A stretch of 38,400 nucleotides of DNA from Actinomycetota bacterium (GCA_009923375.1 RFTO01000001.1:1-38400), one strand, 5' to 3'; shown: positions 8,989 to 17,914, counted from the first letter of the stretch. Notes: generated by a model not told the origin, from the sequence alone. Translations and numbers: made by a program.

Positions 8989-9819
8989 ATGCAATTCGAG
9001 ATGCTGCGTGCCTATGCGCCGTCTGCTCTGGTCTTAGCCGCGGTGGCTGACGCCCGGGACAGCATCGATGAGTTATTGCGGATGCCTGAGGTGTTCCGGC
9101 CAGGTGCGGCAAGGGAGGCGTTCGAGCCGTTGCTCTTCCAATCTGAGATGCATTCGAACGCATTCTTGGAAGGGGTGGAGGTCCCGATTGCCGCAATGCT
9201 GGATGAGATGAAGGCAGACTCGCCGCTGGGGGTGCGTTTACGTTCCATCGCTGCTGTCCAGGCTCGGATTGCAGCAGATGCCAAGACCTTCCTACAAACC
9301 CCTCCGCGGATTCTTGCCGCATGGCAGGTGGCGGCAAGCGCTGGTTTACCCGATGCCGACGATTCCCGCGGCCGGCCGAGGGTCGCAGGCGAGCTCCTGG
9401 TTGACCCACTGAACAGCGGGATTGCGGCATCTGATGTCAGCGACTGCACTCCCACCTTGATTGCCCTCGTCACCCAGAACGCTGTCGAGATTCCGCCCAT
9501 CGTGCGGGCCGCGTGTGTGTATCTGCTCCTGTCCTTGGCTATGCCTTTCACACATGGCAACGGCGTGCTCGCCCGTAGTGCGGCACACGCAGTGCTTATC
9601 GGCCAGGGCACAGACCCTGACCATCGTCTCGCGCTGATGACTGCCATGACTGCCGCAGGGCGACCTCGTTACGTCCAATCGTTGCGAGCCGCTTCAGCAC
9701 TCACCGACGAAGCAGTGGATAACTGGGTGGTGTGGTTCTGTCAGCTGATTGAGCAGGCTGCATTGCAATCTCGGACGATCGTGGAACAAGTAAGGGAAGC
9801 GCTTAGTGCGCAGTTGTAA
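8989..9819 (+). CDS. Fic-fold protein with degenerate active-site motif
   Basis: ATG 8989, 8 nt after AAGGA. Contains AMPFTHGNGVLARS where Fic enzymes have HPFx(D/E)GNGRxxR. The start is tentative; ATG 8980 and 9001 are alternatives. Confidence 0.6.
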   Translation: MQFEMLRAYAPSALVLAAVADARDSIDELLRMPEVFRPGAAREAFEPLLFQSEMHSNAFLEGVEVPIAAMLDEMKADSPLGVRLRSIAAVQARIAADAKTFLQTPPRILAAWQVAASAGLPDADDSRGRPRVAGELLVDPLNSGIAASDVSDCTPTLIALVTQNAVEIPPIVRAACVYLLLSLAMPFTHGNGVLARSAAHAVLIGQGTDPDHRLALMTAMTAAGRPRYVQSLRAASALTDEAVDNWVVWFCQLIEQAALQSRTIVEQVREALSAQL

Positions 9820-9947
9820 TGGTCCGCTTGGAGCTTGATTGCGCCCACGACCGCAGCGGCGGGCGAGTGAGGGAAGCGCTAACTACGAGGCTGTGATGTT
9901 GCGCTTGGAGCGTGATCGCGTCCACGACCACAGCAGCGCAATCACTA
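9794..9947. repeat. Degenerate 77-bp tandem duplication spanning the convergent 3' ends of the Fic-like and HAD genes
   Basis: Copy 1 is 9794-9870 and copy 2 is 9871-9947. Ungapped alignment gives about 55/77 identical positions by my count (GGGAAGCGCT..GCGCTTGGAGC.TGAT.GCG.CCACGACC.CAGC.GCG). Confidence 0.7.
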
Positions 9948-10809
9948 CCGCACTTATGGCCAACTGGGTGCCGGTCTTACGATCGATTTTCGGTAGCCGC
10001 TCACGGAGACTGACGGAGCGCGTCCACTTCAGCACCGGCCAACCGCGCTCCAGCGCGAGGGCGCGAAGATCGCTATCCGGATTCACGGCATGAGGGAAGC
10101 CAACTGCCTCAAGCATCGGAATGTCCGTGCTCGAATCGCTGTAGGCGTAACTTGAAGCGAGATCCCAGCTGTGGGTGTCGGCTAACTGGCGCATCGCCGC
10201 TGATTTGTTTGCGCCATGGGCATAGAAGGTGATGTTGCCGGTGTAACGGCCGTGTTCGATTTCTAAATCGCTGGCAACCCAATGGTGAGCGCCAAGCCAT
10301 TGGGCAATCGGCTCCACCACATCAGAGCCCGAGGCACTGACAATCACAACTGCATGACCACGAGCTTTGTGGTCGTCGATTGCATCCAACGCCTCGATGT
10401 AGACAAGCGGATCGACAATCTCTCCGAGGGTCTCATTGACGATTCGGCGGACAGTGTCGGTATCCCAACCTGTCACTAGGCGGCTCAGCTCGCGGCGGAG
10501 TCCTTCCGTGACTTTGTCATTGGCGCCAGAGAGGGAGAAAATCAGCTGCGCGTAACCGCTGCGAATCGCCTCACGTCGGCCGAGGAGTCCTTCTCGATAA
10601 AACGGCCGGGCGAATGCGAGGCCCGATGACTGAGCGAGCAGAGTTTTATCGAGGTCGAAGAAGGCCGCCACCTTGTTGTTAATTCGCTGGGCTCCATCGC
10701 TATCTTCCTCAACATCTGCGAGGAACTCTGATTCACGTTGTTGTGCGTCAGCCCGTTGTGTGTCAGCGCGCTGGACATCTGCGGCATCGCGAACCTCATC
10801 GGTGGACAT
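9883..10809 (-). CDS. HAD-IB family phosphatase with C-terminal membrane anchor (Rv3661-like)
   Basis: HAD motif I FFDLDKTL, later VSASGSD, and C-terminal TM TGTQLAISAVVIALLWSW. Start ATG 10809 (MSTDEVRD...) is tentative; the ORF is open to 10905. Confidence 0.75.
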   Translation of the reverse strand: MSTDEVRDAADVQRADTQRADAQQRESEFLADVEEDSDGAQRINNKVAAFFDLDKTLLAQSSGLAFARPFYREGLLGRREAIRSGYAQLIFSLSGANDKVTEGLRRELSRLVTGWDTDTVRRIVNETLGEIVDPLVYIEALDAIDDHKARGHAVVIVSASGSDVVEPIAQWLGAHHWVASDLEIEHGRYTGNITFYAHGANKSAAMRQLADTHSWDLASSYAYSDSSTDIPMLEAVGFPHAVNPDSDLRALALERGWPVLKWTRSVSLRERLPKIDRKTGTQLAISAVVIALLWSWTRSRSKRNITAS

Positions 10810-10967
10810 AGGTGAAGGGTAAGCGCCGAGGCGGACAGTGCGCACCATCCGCATCACCCGGATTTTCTGAATAACCTGGAAACCGCATATTGCCCACCAA
10901 TCCACATGCCCGCATCAGCGCTAGGTCCTCCACAGGTCGATACCACCAGCCACATTTCTGCCTGGCA

Positions 10968-11846
10968 ATGACATCAAATCCGTGGGTGCGAAAACTTCCG
11001 TTAGCAAGCTCAACCGGGCTTACCGTCGCCATCGGCGCTGGTGGAAATGTTGGTTGCTCGGTGTTCGCCGCGGCCCTCGCCGCCCACATGAGCTCAGGCT
11101 CGCTGTCACCCTCTCCGCCGCCAGTGCTCGTCGATGCTGACCGATTCGCTGGTGGCCTTGATGTTCTGCTGGGCATGGAACATGCCCCAGGTGCACGATG
11201 GCAAGCGGTCCTGCGAGCCGATGAAGATGTGCTCGCACCCGATGTCATCTCCGCTCTACCCAACTCCCCATTCGACTTTTCCCTGCTGTCGATGGATCGC
11301 GGACGCGTGCGCGTTGAAGAGAAAGCAGCACACAGAATCCTGGGCGGCCTCGCATCTATAACCCAGGTCGTTGTCGACATCTCACGCGATTGGGATAGCC
11401 CGATTGCACGTGCTGCGATTTCTCTGCGATCCCAACTAATCGTGGTGATGACCACAAACATCCGCAGTTGCGCAGCTGCAATGACGCTCCTCGAACACTT
11501 GAATGTCGGTGACCGCACCGCCGTGGATGCGTACACAGGCAGCAGTGATCGCGGGCATAACCAGCTAGGTGCAGGAAGCGATGACCTTGCAGTCTGTGCA
11601 GTCGTTCGCGAGGTGCCCTCCGGGGCGTCCATGAGCGCTCTGCGTCGTGGAATGTCCATCCCCATCGCGGCTCGGGTGCCGCATGACACACGTCTGCCAC
11701 GGCGTATGGCGGCCGGTTCACACGAAGTCTTGATAGCGCGCGGCCTACAAGCAGCAGCGGCTCGGGTGGTTGCAGCCGATCACGAGCCTGGACAGCTGGC
11801 CAACATGAAGCGGCAGCTGATTGGGCACCGCGGTGGGCGTCGATGA
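10968..11846 (+). CDS. Ssd/CpaE-like ParA-fold protein of the actinobacterial Tad locus (Rv3660c-like)
   Basis: ATG 10968. Deviant Walker-A-like VAIGAGGNVGCSVFAAALA. First gene of a cluster followed by the TadA ATPase, with an ATGA overlap at its 3' end. Confidence 0.7.
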   Translation: MTSNPWVRKLPLASSTGLTVAIGAGGNVGCSVFAAALAAHMSSGSLSPSPPPVLVDADRFAGGLDVLLGMEHAPGARWQAVLRADEDVLAPDVISALPNSPFDFSLLSMDRGRVRVEEKAAHRILGGLASITQVVVDISRDWDSPIARAAISLRSQLIVVMTTNIRSCAAAMTLLEHLNVGDRTAVDAYTGSSDRGHNQLGAGSDDLAVCAVVREVPSGASMSALRRGMSIPIAARVPHDTRLPRRMAAGSHEVLIARGLQAAAARVVAADHEPGQLANMKRQLIGHRGGRR

Positions 11847-12940
11847 GTGTCGCCGATGATGTCCAGCAACTGCGGGCGACCGTCGACAACGTCCGACGCG
11901 TCGCTGCCCAGCGCCCCGATGTCGTCGTCGACCGACATCTGATCGCTGAACTCATATCAGAACAGCACCTCATGTTGGGTCCAGCCGCTCGCGAGGCATT
12001 CATCGGCGACGTGCTCGACGAGACGATGGGAGCCGGACCACTGGCACCATTACTTAGGCTGCCAGGTGTTACTGATGTGCTCGTCAATGGTCCAGACCGC
12101 ATTTACGTGGACTCCGGGCCCGGGTTGCAGCAGGTGGATGTGTCATTCGAAAATGACCAAGCCGTCCGTGAGTGCGCTCAGCGTCTGGCGCGCTCAGCAA
12201 ACCGGCGGCTCGACGATGCACACCCCTTCGTCGATGCTCGGCTGCCGACAGGGGAACGTCTGCACGCGGTGTTACCGCCCGTCTCCCGTGCCGGCACCTT
12301 GATCTCTATCCGCGTTCCGGCTCGCCTCGGCCTGTCATGGGAGCAGATCATCGAGTCCAGTGCCATCGGTAGCAGAGAGCAGCAGGCGCTACTCGAGGCA
12401 GTTCGCAACCGCGATTCCATCCTCATCACTGGCGGCACAGGTAGCGGCAAAACCACATTGATGAGCGCATTACTTGAGCAGTGCGGGCCCGATGACCGGA
12501 TCGTGATCGTCGAGGACACATCCGAGCTTGTCCCAGCACATCCACACGTCCTGCGGCTGGAGTGTCGGCCCGCGAATGCGGAAGGCGCCGGGGCAGTCAC
12601 GATGTCGACGCTCGTTCGCCAGTCGCTGCGGATGCGGCCCGACCGCATCGTGGTGGGAGAGGTTCGTGGTGCGGAGGTTGAAGATCTCCTGCGAGCGCTC
12701 AACACTGGCCACACGGGTTCCATGGCGACGCTGCATGCCAACCGGCCAGCCGATGTGCCAGTGCGCATCGAGGTACTTGCGGCCTCATGTGGCATCAGTG
12801 CAGATGGATTACATGCGGCATTGGCTGCTGCTTTCGCTTTAGTGGTGCACATGCAACGAGGTGCTGACGGCCGACGCCGAATCGGGGCCATGGCTCGGTT
12901 GCAGCTGCATCAAAGGCGAGTGCAGGTGCTCGAATGTTGA
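11843..12940 (+). CDS. tadA: TadA/CpaF-family secretion ATPase
   Basis: Walker A GGTGSGKTT, Walker B IVIVED, and the His box in RALNTGHTGSMATLHAN. Confidence 0.9.
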   Translation: MSVADDVQQLRATVDNVRRVAAQRPDVVVDRHLIAELISEQHLMLGPAAREAFIGDVLDETMGAGPLAPLLRLPGVTDVLVNGPDRIYVDSGPGLQQVDVSFENDQAVRECAQRLARSANRRLDDAHPFVDARLPTGERLHAVLPPVSRAGTLISIRVPARLGLSWEQIIESSAIGSREQQALLEAVRNRDSILITGGTGSGKTTLMSALLEQCGPDDRIVIVEDTSELVPAHPHVLRLECRPANAEGAGAVTMSTLVRQSLRMRPDRIVVGEVRGAEVEDLLRALNTGHTGSMATLHANRPADVPVRIEVLAASCGISADGLHAALAAAFALVVHMQRGADGRRRIGAMARLQLHQRRVQVLEC

Positions 12941-13533
12941 ATCTGGATAAGTGGCGCACGTTGATTGACACTCGCACTTCGTGGGTAATCCGTCGTCTTC
13001 GCCGTCAACGGCAGCGTGATGCCCAACTGGCAGTTTATGCGGATTACCTCGGGCGTATTCGTGCTGAGCTACGAGCAGGTGCCATGCCTGTCGATGCGGT
13101 GATCTCGGCGGGCGCTGCTACTCACGTCGCAGCAAGCAATCCCCGATTCGGCAATCCTTTCCAGGCGGTCGGTTTGAGCATGGGCGACGTCGCTGTCGTT
13201 CGCGCCTTGAATTGCTGCGCGGCGGCGTGGGAGTCACATCATGCGCGCGGATTGGCACTCGAACCACTGATCGCCGTCGCGGAGCAGACGCTTCGCGATG
13301 CCCGGGAGCTGCGTCTTATGGTCGATGAGGAAACCGCAAGTGTCCGCGCAAGTTCACGGATGTTGATGTTCCTCCCGTTGATCTCGCCGCTCTTCGGCTT
13401 GTCCATGGGCTGCGATCCCTGGGCTTGGTTATTTGGAACGCCGCTGGGATGGATGACATTCGCCGCCGGCTTTCTTCTCGTTGTTGCAAACATCGTTTCC
13501 ACTGCGTTCATCGTCACCAGGGCGACTGCATGA
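12934..13533 (+). CDS. TadB-like type II secretion system F-family membrane protein
   Basis: Overlaps the tadA stop. 199 aa with C-terminal TM segments. Position matches Rv3658c. Confidence 0.75.
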   Translation: MLNLDKWRTLIDTRTSWVIRRLRRQRQRDAQLAVYADYLGRIRAELRAGAMPVDAVISAGAATHVAASNPRFGNPFQAVGLSMGDVAVVRALNCCAAAWESHHARGLALEPLIAVAEQTLRDARELRLMVDEETASVRASSRMLMFLPLISPLFGLSMGCDPWAWLFGTPLGWMTFAAGFLLVVANIVSTAFIVTRATA

Positions 13534-14168
13534 TGTCAGCGACAACAGAAACTGGCTGGCTGGGAAGCCGCCGTTCAGCAGTTCTCGCATCCTTGACGCT
13601 CGCTGCCGCAATCGCACTGTGGTGGGGTGGATTGTCAGGAGCCGCTATCGGTGCAGGTTGCGGAATGCTCGGCTTCACCGCCTTGTCCCGGTTGCCGAGC
13701 GCCTCAGCCGTTCTACTCCTGGAATCCGCCACCACCGATGCGCCGATGCTCGCTGCTGCTGCGGCAGCAGTGCTCACCTCTGGTGGATCTGAGCGAGACA
13801 TCGCGGGGGTGATGGTCGCTCTCTCATCAACGCGAGTTCAACCCAGTCTCATGGAGGCACAGGCTGCTATAGGTGTCGGCACGAACCCTGCGCGCGTGTG
13901 GCGGGATTTAGCGATTGCTCTGCCGCCTTTGGCGCCGGTACTCGATGTGCTCATCCACGCGGCTGACCGTGGGGTCACTGCGGCGCGGGCGCTGGAGTCA
14001 TTGGCGACGATTCTGGCCGTGGAAGCACGGCGGGCTCGGACTGCCAAACTCAGGCGTGCTGGCGTGCAGGCATTGATCCCCCTTGCCCTCTTCGGCTTGC
14101 CAGCGTTCGTGATCCTCACCGTCGTGCCACTGGTCGCTGCGTATGCAAGCACTCTCTCGCTGTGGTGA
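13530..14168 (+). CDS. TadC-like type II secretion system F-family membrane protein
   Basis: ATGATG overlap with the tadB-like stop (start at MMSATTETGW...). TM segments at both ends. The ORF-track start at 13425 is an upstream extension. Confidence 0.75.
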   Translation: MMSATTETGWLGSRRSAVLASLTLAAAIALWWGGLSGAAIGAGCGMLGFTALSRLPSASAVLLLESATTDAPMLAAAAAAVLTSGGSERDIAGVMVALSSTRVQPSLMEAQAAIGVGTNPARVWRDLAIALPPLAPVLDVLIHAADRGVTAARALESLATILAVEARRARTAKLRRAGVQALIPLALFGLPAFVILTVVPLVAAYASTLSLW

Positions 14169-14356
14169 ATGGCTGTGCAGCGCAGATGACAACGCAGTCC
14201 ACACACCACTCCTGTGTCGGGCTTCTTCACAATTCTGCGCGCATCAACTCCATGTATTGCCGCAACTGGTCAGAGTTCCACTCGCCCGACGTTGATGCGT
14301 CGGATATGGCCAGTAAGTCATTGGCCAACAACCAGCTGAATCAAAAGGAGTTCGAG

Positions 14357-14548
14357 ATGAAGTTATATGCATCGCTTGCCCGTCGTTTCCAGGATGACGC
14401 AGGTGTGACAACCGCCGAGTACGCCATCGGCACCTGCGCGGCAACTGGTCTTGCCGGATTGCTCTTTCACCTGCTGACGGGTTCGCAGATGATGGATCTG
14501 TTGTGGCGCGTGATCACCCACGCCTTCGCCTTCCTCTTCAATCTCTGA
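14357..14548 (+). CDS. Flp-type prepilin (DUF4244-like, Rv3656c-like)
   Basis: ATG 14357, 6 nt after AAAGGAG. The 63-aa product MKLYASLARRFQDDAG/VTTAEYAIGT... carries the G/xxxxEY Flp processing motif and a hydrophobic helix. Confidence 0.85.
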   Translation: MKLYASLARRFQDDAGVTTAEYAIGTCAATGLAGLLFHLLTGSQMMDLLWRVITHAFAFLFNL

Positions 14549-14555
14549 GGCGTGG

Positions 14556-14963
14556 ATGTCGCGGCGAGGCGGCGGCGGCCAAGCAGTTAGACACCCACAG
14601 CAGTCCCAGCGTCGATGTGGAGATGACGCAGGATTTGCAACGGTTGAGCTGGCACTAGCCACACCAGTTGTTGCGGCTGTCGCCGCCTTGCTCGCTGGCG
14701 TTATCGCGTCGACAACGGCACAAGCAACTGCAGCCGTCGCCGCCCGCGACGCTGCACGGATGCTCGCGCGAGGTGATTCCTACTCAAGCGTCGAGGCTGC
14801 GGTGCGCGGGCATACGCCTGGATTGGCCGATGTCATCATCACAGCTGAGCGGGATGCCGGCGGCGTGGCAATCCGCGTGGCGGGTCGCCCACAAGGAGTG
14901 ACAGGTGCGGTCGCCCACCTGATTCCGCAGGTGAGCGCAACGGTCTGGGTGGCCGGTCCGTGA
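14556..14963 (+). CDS. TadE-like pseudopilin (Rv3655c-like)
   Basis: ATG 14556. Leader ends ...CGDDAG/FATVELALATPVV, a TadE-type processing motif. 135 aa. Confidence 0.8.
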   Translation: MSRRGGGGQAVRHPQQSQRRCGDDAGFATVELALATPVVAAVAALLAGVIASTTAQATAAVAARDAARMLARGDSYSSVEAAVRGHTPGLADVIITAERDAGGVAIRVAGRPQGVTGAVAHLIPQVSATVWVAGP

Positions 14964-15065
14964 CTCCGATGAAACCAAGCAGTGACAGATGCGGTCGCCC
15001 ACCTGATTCCGCAGGTGAGCGCGACGGTCTGGGTGGCTGGTCCGTGACTCCGAAGAAACCACGGA
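14898..15065. repeat. 84-bp tandem duplication (2 copies, 78/84 identical) covering the TadE-like stop and the next gene's start
   Basis: 14898-14981 versus 14982-15065 differ at 6 positions by my count. The unit contains the last 21 codons and TGA of the TadE-like gene plus the overlapping GTGA/ATG start of the next gene. An 18-bp tandem follows (15081-15098 / 15099-15116, 16/18 identical). Confidence 0.9.
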
Positions 15066-15490
15066 GCACAGTCGTGCTCCGTGGTCTCCGTGATGACTGT
15101 GGTCTACGTGATGACCTTGGACTGCTTAGTCGCAGAAGTTGCGCGACAGCTGACGACGGCACGATCACTGCAGTGGTGCTCCTGGTGATCTTCGCGTTGG
15201 CATCTGTGTGTCTGGCGGCCTTGAGTATCGCTGGTCTGGAGCAGGCTCGATGGCGTGCACAGACTTCGGCGGACCTGGCTGCCCTCGCAGCAGCGTCTCA
15301 AGGCGACTGTCGTGCAGCAGAGGAGGTTGCGCAGCGGAATCGGTCCACACTCGAGAAGTGCCGGCTGCCAAGTCTCGTTGATCCACGCGTGACAGTGATG
15401 GTTTCCACGCGAGTGCGACAGCAATCCATGCCCATGTCTGACCTATGGCCAGGTGCGAGTGTGACTGCTGTGGCGAGGGCGGGCTACTAG
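14960..15490 (+). CDS. Rv3654c-family TadE-like protein
   Basis: Conserved part ...ADDG/TITAVVLLVIFAL...RAQTSADLAALAAAS..C..AEEVAQRN.STLEKC. The start is uncertain (GTG 14960, ATG 14969, GTG 15044 or GTG 15074) because the 5' region consists of the tandem duplications. Confidence 0.7.
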   Translation: MTPMKPSSDRCGRPPDSAGERDGLGGWSVTPKKPRSTVVLRGLRDDCGLRDDLGLLSRRSCATADDGTITAVVLLVIFALASVCLAALSIAGLEQARWRAQTSADLAALAAASQGDCRAAEEVAQRNRSTLEKCRLPSLVDPRVTVMVSTRVRQQSMPMSDLWPGASVTAVARAGY

Positions 15491-15514
15491 TCCGTCCTCG
15501 CCCGTCAGCTCGGT

Positions 15515-15539
15515 GGATGTGGCGCAGTCCACTACATCC
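15515..15539 (+). terminator. Imperfect hairpin downstream of the Tad operon
   Basis: GGATGTGG (15515-15522) pairs with CCACTACATCC (15529-15539), giving 6 perfect base pairs plus a few more. It starts 25 nt after the stop. No U-tract. Confidence 0.3.
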
Positions 15540-15624
15540 CCGCGTCAGTTTTGGCAAGAGCCTGCCCCTAGACTCGCCCGAAATGTTCCCGCGCATCAGC
15601 GCTGAAACGATTGTGGAGACAACC

Positions 15625-17910
15625 ATGCAGTTCGCCCTTGCCCGCCTGGGTGCCGTACCCGCGCCTTCCTCAACAGACCTGCGCATCGTCGTGGGCGTCG
15701 CCTGCGTATCGCTGCTCGCGCTGGTCCTTGCTGGTTTCCTGGTTCGCCAGGTGCTCAGCGCCAGTGAAGGCACTGCCAATATGCAGGAAATCGCGAAGGC
15801 CGTGCAGGTTGGCGCGTCAGCATTCCTGAGCCGCCAGTTCAAGACTCTGGCCGGCTTTGCGGTGCTTGTCGTCGTTCTGCTGTGGTTCCTACCCGCCGAT
15901 TCCTCGCGTGAGCAGCTCGGTCGTTCCCTCTTCTTCCTCGTTGGAGCTGTGTTCTCGGCTGTGACCGGTTACGTGGGCATGTGGCTTGCTGTGCGCGCCA
16001 ATGTCCGTGTGGCCGCCGCCGCGAATGAGTCTGGCGAGCAGAAGGCCATGCGTATCGCCTTCCGCACTGGTGGTGTGGCGGGCATGTTCACAGTCGGCCT
16101 TGGCCTGCTGGGCGCCTCACTGGTCGTCTTGATTTATAAGGAGCAGGCTGCTCGAGTTCTTGAGGGCTTCGGCTTCGGTGCCGCGTTGCTGGCCATGTTC
16201 ATGCGTGTTGGCGGCGGTATCTTTACGAAGGCGGCCGATGTCGGTGCCGACCTGGTCGGCAAGGTTGAGCAGGGCATTCCTGAAGATGACCCCCGCAACC
16301 CCGCCACGATTGCCGACAACGTCGGTGACAATGTCGGTGACTGCGCTGGTATGGCTGCTGACCTATTCGAGTCTTACGCGGTGACCCTGGTTGCTGCCCT
16401 CATCCTTGGCGGCCTTTCCTTCGGCGCCAAGGGTCTCGTCTGGCCGCTTATCGTGCCCGCCATCGGCGTGCTCACCGCAATGATCGGCATCTTCACCGTC
16501 GTGCCTCGCGCTAAGGACAAGTCCGGCATGGCCGCGATCAACCGTGGTTTCTTCATCTCCGCAGTGATCTCCATCGCCTTGGTCGCCGTGGCCGCTTGGC
16601 AGTACCTGCCAAGCACCGGCACAGACCTGGCTGACTATTCCTCGCCCATCAGCGACCCCCGCGTATTCTCGCTCATCGCCGTCACCATCGGTGTCGTGTT
16701 GGCTGCCGCTATCCAGCAGCTGACTGGTTACTTCACTGAGACCAACCGTCGCCCGGTCGACGACGTCGCGAAAACCACGCTCACCGGTCCGGCCACCGTG
16801 ATCCTCTCGGGAATCTCACTTGGTCTCGAGTCTGCGGTCTACTCCGCATTACTTATCGGTGGAGCAGTTGTCGGTGCATACGCCCTCGGCACCACGATCA
16901 CCACCTCGCTCTTCGCCATCGCCCTCGCCGGCACTGGTCTGCTCACCACAGTCGGCGTCATCGTGGCCATGGACACCTTCGGTCCGGTCTCTGACAATGC
17001 TCAGGGCATCGCCGAGATGTCCGGTGACGTGCACGGTGAAGGTGCCCGCGTCCTCACCAGCCTGGACGCTGTTGGTAACACCACCAAGGCCATCACGAAG
17101 GGCATCGCCATCGCCACAGCGGTGTTGGCTGCAACAGCGCTGTTCGGTTCATTCCGTTCAGCAATCACTGACGCGGCCGCGGCTGCTGGTTCGGCATTCG
17201 ACGCAACCAAGCTTGAGTTCCAAGGTGTGCTCGATGTTGCTAACCCGATCAACCTCGTCGGCCTGCTCATCGGTGCCTCGGTTGTGTTCATGTTCTCTGG
17301 TCTGGCAATCAACGCGGTCTCGCGTGCTGCCGGCGCCATCATCTTCGAAGTTCGCAACCAGTTCCGCACTCGTCCGGGCATCATGGCCGGCACCGAGAAG
17401 CCGGATTACGCCCGCGTTGTTGACATGTGCACGAAGGATTCGCTGCGCGAACTTGCAACTCCCGGTTTGCTTGCCGTCCTCACGCCGATCGCCGTCGGCT
17501 TCAGCCTCGGCGCTGGCGCACTGGGTGCATTCCTCGCTGGAACCATTGCCACAGGCACCTTGATGGCTGTGTTCTTGTCCAACTCTGGTGGTGCGTGGGA
17601 CAACGCCAAGAAGTTCGTTGAAGACGGTCACTTCGGTGGCAAGGGCTCTGACGCCCATGCTGCAGCTGTTATTGGCGACACCGTTGGTGACCCGTTCAAG
17701 GACACTGCTGGCCCGGCGATCAACCCGCTTATCAAGGTGATGAACCTCGTTGCGCTCCTGATCGCCCCTGCCGTTGTGAAGTACAGCGGAAACGTCGGCG
17801 TCTCAGCTGCGATTGCCGCGGTTGCCGCAGCAGTCGTCGTGATTGCGGTTATCGTGAGCAAGCGCCGTCCAATCGCGGTCGGCGACCAGGCTGCCAACGC
17901 TGCTGCGTGA
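15625..17910 (+). CDS. hppA: Membrane-bound proton-translocating pyrophosphatase, K+-independent type
   Basis: ATG 15625, 7 nt after GGAG. Motifs GGGIFTKAADVGADLVGK, DNVGDNVGDCAGM, SNSGGAWDNAKK and GDTVGDPFKDT. GNTTKA, with Lys rather than Ala, marks the K+-independent class. ATG 15583 is an alternative start. Confidence 0.92.
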   Translation: MQFALARLGAVPAPSSTDLRIVVGVACVSLLALVLAGFLVRQVLSASEGTANMQEIAKAVQVGASAFLSRQFKTLAGFAVLVVVLLWFLPADSSREQLGRSLFFLVGAVFSAVTGYVGMWLAVRANVRVAAAANESGEQKAMRIAFRTGGVAGMFTVGLGLLGASLVVLIYKEQAARVLEGFGFGAALLAMFMRVGGGIFTKAADVGADLVGKVEQGIPEDDPRNPATIADNVGDNVGDCAGMAADLFESYAVTLVAALILGGLSFGAKGLVWPLIVPAIGVLTAMIGIFTVVPRAKDKSGMAAINRGFFISAVISIALVAVAAWQYLPSTGTDLADYSSPISDPRVFSLIAVTIGVVLAAAIQQLTGYFTETNRRPVDDVAKTTLTGPATVILSGISLGLESAVYSALLIGGAVVGAYALGTTITTSLFAIALAGTGLLTTVGVIVAMDTFGPVSDNAQGIAEMSGDVHGEGARVLTSLDAVGNTTKAITKGIAIATAVLAATALFGSFRSAITDAAAAAGSAFDATKLEFQGVLDVANPINLVGLLIGASVVFMFSGLAINAVSRAAGAIIFEVRNQFRTRPGIMAGTEKPDYARVVDMCTKDSLRELATPGLLAVLTPIAVGFSLGAGALGAFLAGTIATGTLMAVFLSNSGGAWDNAKKFVEDGHFGGKGSDAHAAAVIGDTVGDPFKDTAGPAINPLIKVMNLVALLIAPAVVKYSGNVGVSAAIAAVAAAVVVIAVIVSKRRPIAVGDQAANAAA

Positions 17911-17914
17911 TACT

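Noticed and set aside
10796-11689. 297-aa minus-strand ORF antisense to the ssd-like gene; similar long antisense ORFs at 11356-12102, 12178-12891, 15165-15842, 30587-31183 and 32548-33420
   Set aside because: They lie opposite genes with clear family motifs (TadA, FolP, FtsH, HppA). Their products are Arg/Ser/Ala/Pro-rich with no motifs. This is the usual stop-codon-poor antisense frame of high-GC DNA.
14213-14231. TGTGT-N9-TCACA dyad upstream of the flp gene as a Crp site
   Set aside because: The spacing is 9 rather than 6 nt and the left half is imperfect. Likely chance.
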